Positions 16,049 to 19,407 of a DNA stretch of 19,407 bases are shown in pieces. How positions within the stretch are numbered: the first letter of the stretch is position 1; each line of letters starts with the position of its first letter. The stretch lies in assembly GCA_002778575.1 (NCBI GenBank), contig PFBJ01000019.1:773-20179 (forward strand), written 5' to 3'. The translations under genes were made by a program, and so were the position numbers. Source of the DNA: Candidatus Kaiserbacteria bacterium CG10_big_fil_rev_8_21_14_0_10_49_17. GTDB lineage: Bacteria > Patescibacteriota > Minisyncoccia > Phycocordibacterales > JABMNX01. The notes beneath the pieces were generated by a model, which did not search any database, was not told where the DNA came from, and worked only from the letters and a program-made list of their open reading frames with translations.

Positions 16049-17272
16049 ATGATGAGGCAAATTTCAGTTGGGGAATCTAAGAGAAATATGCCACAAATAA
16101 AATCAGAAGTAGAAGCATTTGCCCGCATCCGAGTTGTCGGTGTCGGTGGCTCTGGTGCTAATGCGGTGAATCACATGATCACTTCAAAAGTGAAAGGGGT
16201 CGACTTTATTGCAATCAATACTGACGCGCAAGATCTCCACCAGTCACTCGCGAAAGCAAAAATTCATATCGGTAAAAACCTGACCCGAGGGCTCGGTGCG
16301 GGAATGAATCCTGAGATTGGAAAGCGCGCGGCAGAAGAGACAAAGGAAGAAATCCAGGAAGCACTGAAAGGTTCAGACATGGTGTTTGTGACATGCGGCA
16401 TGGGTGGCGGTACCGGTACCGGCGCGGCTCCCGTGGTTGCGCGCACTGCTCGCGAGATGAATGCGCTTACCGTAGCTGTCGTTACAAAACCGTTTTCATT
16501 TGAAGGCCAGCAGCGAATGCGTTTGGCTGAGCAGGGGCTTGAAGAACTTAAGAAAGAGGTGGACGCGCTTATCGTTATTCCAAACGACAGACTCCTTGCG
16601 GTAGTACAGCGCGACACGACAGTGAAGAACGCTTTTGCAATGTGTGACGATATCCTGAAGCAGGCTGTTGAAGGCATTTCAGACCTCATTACAATGCCCG
16701 GTATTATCAATGTCGACTTTGCCGATATTCGCGCCATTATGGATTCCGCCGGCTCGGCACTTATGGGTATAGGGCTTGGCTCAGGCGAAAAGCGCGCAGA
16801 AGAAGCAGCGCAGGCGGCTATCTCATCGCCTCTCCTTGAGATCTCTATAACCGGTGCGAAGGGCGTACTCTTTGCGGTAGCCGGCGGTGACGACCTCTCA
16901 ATGCTTGAGGTGCAAGACGCCGCAAAAGTTATCACTGAGAATATTGACCCGAATGCGAAAGTTATCTTCGGCGCGGTGAAAGATGAGAAATTGAAGAAGA
17001 ATGAGGTTAAGGTAACCGTTATCGCAACAGGATTCCCTGAAGGGGCATTTAACCACACGAAGAGCTCTTCCCTCTTCCAAATCCCGAATAAAAAAGACGA
17101 GGAGGAGAAAGAAGAGAAAGTAACCGGAAAAATCTATAATCCGGCGCCAACTACTCCCAAGAAGGAAAAGAACGTAAAGGAGCCAGAGGAAAAGGATGAA
17201 AAGAAAGACGACGAGGATGACGACGATTGGGGGGCAGTTCCCGCATTCCTGCGACGAAGTAAGCTGAAATAG
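16049..17272 (+). CDS. ftsZ: Cell division GTPase FtsZ
   Basis: Tubulin signature [14 protein letters not shown]-terminal [12 protein letters not shown], acidic/Lys-rich linker, conserved C-terminal peptide [13 protein letters not shown]. The start could be the ATG at 16088 instead. Confidence 0.95.
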   Translation: MMRQISVGESKRNMPQIKSEVEAFARIRVVGVGGSGANAVNHMITSKVKGVDFIAINTDAQDLHQSLAKAKIHIGKNLTRGLGAGMNPEIGKRAAEETKEEIQEALKGSDMVFVTCGMGGGTGTGAAPVVARTAREMNALTVAVVTKPFSFEGQQRMRLAEQGLEELKKEVDALIVIPNDRLLAVVQRDTTVKNAFAMCDDILKQAVEGISDLITMPGIINVDFADIRAIMDSAGSALMGIGLGSGEKRAEEAAQAAISSPLLEISITGAKGVLFAVAGGDDLSMLEVQDAAKVITENIDPNAKVIFGAVKDEKLKKNEVKVTVIATGFPEGAFNHTKSSSLFQIPNKKDEEEKEEKVTGKIYNPAPTTPKKEKNVKEPEEKDEKKDDEDDDDWGAVPAFLRRSKLK

Positions 17273-17291
17273 CGGGAAGTATATAAACTTC

Positions 17292-17317
17292 AAAAATCCG
17301 CCTCCTGGCGGATTTTT
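17292..17317 (+). terminator. Intrinsic terminator AAAAATCCGCC-tcct-GGCGGATTTTT after ftsZ. A TACAAT -10-like box (17320-17325) lies 6 nt before the trxB ATG
   Basis: Read directly. The A-run/T-run symmetry would allow it to act in both directions. Confidence 0.65.
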
Positions 17318-17331
17318 GGTACAATACTTTC

Positions 17332-18375
17332 ATGTACGATCTCATAATAATTGGTGGTGGCCCAGCCGGTGCAGCTGCAGGAGTCTACGCCGCTCGAAAA
17401 CAGTTAAAGAGTCTCCTTATTACAAAAGAATGGGGCGGGCAGAGCATTGACTCGCCGGAAATACAAAACTGGATTGGCACTGTTGCGGTTTCGGGAGGCG
17501 ACCTTGCAAAGCAGCTAAAGGAGCACGTCGAAGCATACAAAGGCGAAGTTGTTGAAGTGCGCGACGGTATCTGCGCGAGTATGGTTGAAAAGAGCGACAA
17601 TGGTTTTGTCGTTAAAACAGACGATGGCAAAACAGAGCAGGCGCGCGCTATTCTTATCTGCTCCGGCGCGCACCGTAGGCGCCTACCCGTTGAAGGAGCG
17701 GACACATTTGAACACAAAGGTCTTACGTACTGCGCTTCTTGTGATGGCCCACTCTTCTCTGGGCAAGATGTCGCAGTGATTGGCGGCGGTAACGCCGGCT
17801 TTGAAACCGCCGCGCAACTCCTCGCCTACACCAAGAGCGTAACGCTCCTCCACCGAGGTGAGCAGTACAAAGCAGACCCAATCACAGTCAAGAAAGTACT
17901 TGCCCATCCGAATATGACCGGAATCCTTAATGCCAATACAACTGAGATTGTTGGGGAGAAATTTGTGAAAGGACTAAAGTATACGGATAGCAAAAGCGGT
18001 GAAGAGAAAGAGCTCGCTGTCTCTGGTGTCTTTGTTGAAATAGGCCTTGTTCCGAATACTGATTTCGTAAAAGACCTTCTTGAGCTTGATGCAATTGGAC
18101 GGATTAAAGTTGACGGTAAAAACCAGCAGGCAATTCTAAAGAGCCACACGACGCAGGAGGTGGGAGATGCGAGGCGTGGGGAAAGTGCCGAGGAAGGCGT
18201 AGAAGAATCTACGAAGCCTGAGGCACAGGGGCCCCACAACGAAGCAGATGTTGTCTCCTGTGGTGTGTGGGCAGCTGGGGATTGTACCGACGAGCTCTAC
18301 CACCAAAACAACATAGCCGCAGGCGACGCCGTAAAGGCGCTCGAAGATATCTACACCAACCTCAAGACGAGATAA
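17332..18375 (+). CDS. trxB: Thioredoxin-disulfide reductase-like flavoprotein with a ~40-aa acidic insertion
   Basis: FAD motif IIIGGGPAGAAAGVYAA, redox-active CASCDG (CxxC), NADPH motif VAVIGGGNAGFETA, C-terminal VWAAGDCTD. The insertion SHTTQEVGDARRGESAEEGVEESTKPEAQGPHNEAD sits before the last FAD-binding segment. Confidence 0.8.
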   Translation: MYDLIIIGGGPAGAAAGVYAARKQLKSLLITKEWGGQSIDSPEIQNWIGTVAVSGGDLAKQLKEHVEAYKGEVVEVRDGICASMVEKSDNGFVVKTDDGKTEQARAILICSGAHRRRLPVEGADTFEHKGLTYCASCDGPLFSGQDVAVIGGGNAGFETAAQLLAYTKSVTLLHRGEQYKADPITVKKVLAHPNMTGILNANTTEIVGEKFVKGLKYTDSKSGEEKELAVSGVFVEIGLVPNTDFVKDLLELDAIGRIKVDGKNQQAILKSHTTQEVGDARRGESAEEGVEESTKPEAQGPHNEADVVSCGVWAAGDCTDELYHQNNIAAGDAVKALEDIYTNLKTR

Positions 18376-18377
18376 GG

Positions 18378-18407
18378 AAAAACCCGCCTCATGCTGAGGC
18401 GGGTTTT
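18378..18407. terminator. Symmetric terminator AAAACCCGCCTCA-tgc-TGAGGCGGGTTTT shared by convergent trxB (+) and the minus-strand membrane-protein gene
   Basis: 13-bp perfect stem flanked by A/T runs on both sides. The stop codon of the minus-strand gene lies in the loop. Confidence 0.75.
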
Positions 18408-18922
18408 AAGTTTGGACTCTTCTCTTCCTTCTTCTCCGGGGTCTTGGGCTCGCACGCAAGCAGGTACTGTGCCAGCACATACCCCTGAAGCCCAGCTGAA
18501 TACAGGACTCCGATCAGGATTGGGAAGTGAAAGAAATTCCATACACTCAGGGTTGAAAAGATTGCAAGGAAAGTAAGACGCATAGGCCAAAGCAGTCGCT
18601 CATGCTGAAGACGGAGTGCATAGTCGCTTCTTTGAGCCTTCTCTTCAAGGATCCGAATCCTGTGAATAAAGAGTGGTCCTAAAAGAAGGAGCAAGAGGAG
18701 CACGAAGGCAAGAAAAATTCGGCCTGAAAGCGGAATATGTGTTTCATCTATGCCTCCGACGAGCACAAGCCCGCCAACCACCAGTATGGTGACAATGTAG
18801 ACATGCATGCACATCCTTGCCTGCCAAAATTGATTTTTCCCGATTTTTCCTTCGACAAAACGGCAAAGCGGTTCGAAAAATTTCTTGATAAGAAACAGGT
18901 CCAATTCCCTAAGCTTCTCCAT
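18389..18922 (-). CDS. Hypothetical polytopic membrane protein. Start trimmed to the ATG at 18922
   Basis: The ORF-track start at 18988 is a TTG. The ATG at 18922 (MEKLRELDLF...) has SD AAGAGG 7 nt upstream and a TTGACT-N18-TAATAT promoter further upstream. About 4 TM helices. No recognisable domain. Confidence 0.55.
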   Translation of the reverse strand: MEKLRELDLFLIKKFFEPLCRFVEGKIGKNQFWQARMCMHVYIVTILVVGGLVLVGGIDETHIPLSGRIFLAFVLLLLLLLGPLFIHRIRILEEKAQRSDYALRLQHERLLWPMRLTFLAIFSTLSVWNFFHFPILIGVLYSAGLQGYVLAQYLLACEPKTPEKKEEKSPNLKPASA

Positions 18923-18951
18923 GAGTGCCTCTTTGTATTGGTATCCTGACA

Positions 18952-18981
18952 ATATTAAACACTTTTTTTGCAAAAAGTCAA
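18952..18981 (-). promoter_or_regulatory. Promoter TTGACT-N18-TAATAT on the minus strand for the membrane-protein gene
   Basis: Reverse complement of agtcaa (18976-18981) and atatta (18952-18957). About 28-nt leader with SD. Confidence 0.45.
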
Positions 18982-18986
18982 TGTTC

Positions 18987-19013
18987 AAGGACCCCGTACA
19001 GGGTCCTTTTATT
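18987..19013. terminator. Hairpin AAGGACCC-cgtaca-GGGTCCTT with TTTTATT on the plus side. Likely terminator region after the minus-strand zinc-finger gene
   Basis: 8-bp perfect stem read directly. The T-tract is better on the plus strand, so it may act bidirectionally. Confidence 0.4.
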
Positions 19014-19015
19014 AG

Positions 19016-19213
19016 TCAGTGGTACATTCTTGCAAGTCCGTGAATGCGATGCGATTCTTCCTGCTCTTTATGCGCGTGGCGCATGTCCTCAACCGCACCA
19101 GCACACTCATTGCAGTCGCGAATGTGCCCTTCAATAATGTAGTGTTCGTCTCCCAGACTCTTACCTTCCACGAAATCACGAAGTACATTCTCTGGCGGGT
19201 GTTTCTCAGACAT
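19016..19213 (-). CDS. Small (65 aa) putative zinc-finger protein with an H-x3-C-x2-C motif; anti-sigma-factor-like zf-HC2 pattern
   Basis: Strong SD AAGGAG 6 nt upstream of the ATG. Motif HIRDCNECAGAVEDMRHAH. Acidic/His-rich tail. Confidence 0.5.
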   Translation of the reverse strand: MSEKHPPENVLRDFVEGKSLGDEHYIIEGHIRDCNECAGAVEDMRHAHKEQEESHRIHGLARMYH

Positions 19214-19372
19214 TGCTCTCTCCTTACTTTACCTGTGGTGTAGTAGAGCAAATTATATTTCCCGGGTCAAATCCCTGATTGCCAATAGCTGCTCTGTTGT
19301 GTAATGCGGTGTTTTTTGGACGAAGTTCGAACATTGTACGAACAAAATCCGCAGGATTTTGATGACTGACGC

Positions 19373-19389
19373 ACGCGCCGAGCGCGTGG
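19373..19389. repeat. GC-rich palindrome CACGCGC-cga-GCGCGTG, same arms as the element at 4-22
   Basis: Read directly. 17/19 identity to the reverse complement of 4-22. Confidence 0.45.
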
Positions 19390-19407
19390 TGGTTCTTTCC
19401 CAAATCG

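Noticed and set aside
16264-17058. 264-aa minus-strand ORF antisense to ftsZ, and similar long antisense ORFs: 15165-15794 and 14701-15282 opposite ftsA, 13477-14022 opposite the HisRS-like gene, 10970-11500 and 12281-12694
   Set aside because: They overlap well-supported genes on the opposite strand. They have Ser/Ala/Pro/Arg-rich low-complexity composition typical of shadow ORFs, with no domain motifs or RBS.
1-19407. Searched for CRISPR arrays, tRNA genes (GTTCGA T-loops), rRNA, integrase/transposase genes and defence-system genes
   Set aside because: No direct-repeat/spacer periodicity and no cloverleaf-compatible sequence. GTTCGA occurrences at 9066 and 19328 lack tRNA context. No recombinase, RT, nuclease-ATPase or toxin-like ORFs were found, so none of these features is reported.

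Overview
The window is mostly compact bacterial housekeeping sequence at roughly 50% GC. The gene content (gyrA, pth, lepB, rpsA, rpsU-ybeY, ftsA-ftsZ, trxB) fits a small-genome, possibly CPR/Patescibacteria-like organism, but that is inference. One long minus-strand block (8920 down to 2247) carries an MBL-fold hydrolase, a small membrane protein, gyrA, a SAM methyltransferase, a solute-binding protein and a tandem array of four paralogous small two-helix pilin-like membrane proteins. The plus strand carries an SPFH-membrane protein pair, rpsA, a hypothetical, lepB, a degenerate HisRS-like paralog, rpsU-ybeY, ftsA, ftsZ and trxB. The most unusual part is the roughly 830 bp between the hydrolase and rpsA (8935-9770). 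It contains two GC-rich islands with no credible ORF. Each has its own near-consensus sigma70-type promoter and a strong intrinsic terminator, and a perfect 30-bp palindrome sits between them. I read these as two unidentified structured RNA genes, one of which could instead be a long rpsA leader. I could not match them to RNase P, tmRNA, SRP or 6S by eye. Other notable points: a HisRS-like protein that keeps motif 3 and the anticodon-binding domain but appears to have lost the histidine-binding loop and motif 2; a recurring -10 box 6-10 nt upstream of ATG with no Shine-Dalgarno, suggesting leaderless mRNAs; the same GC-rich palindrome at both ends of the window. No CRISPR array, tRNA, rRNA or obvious mobile element was seen.
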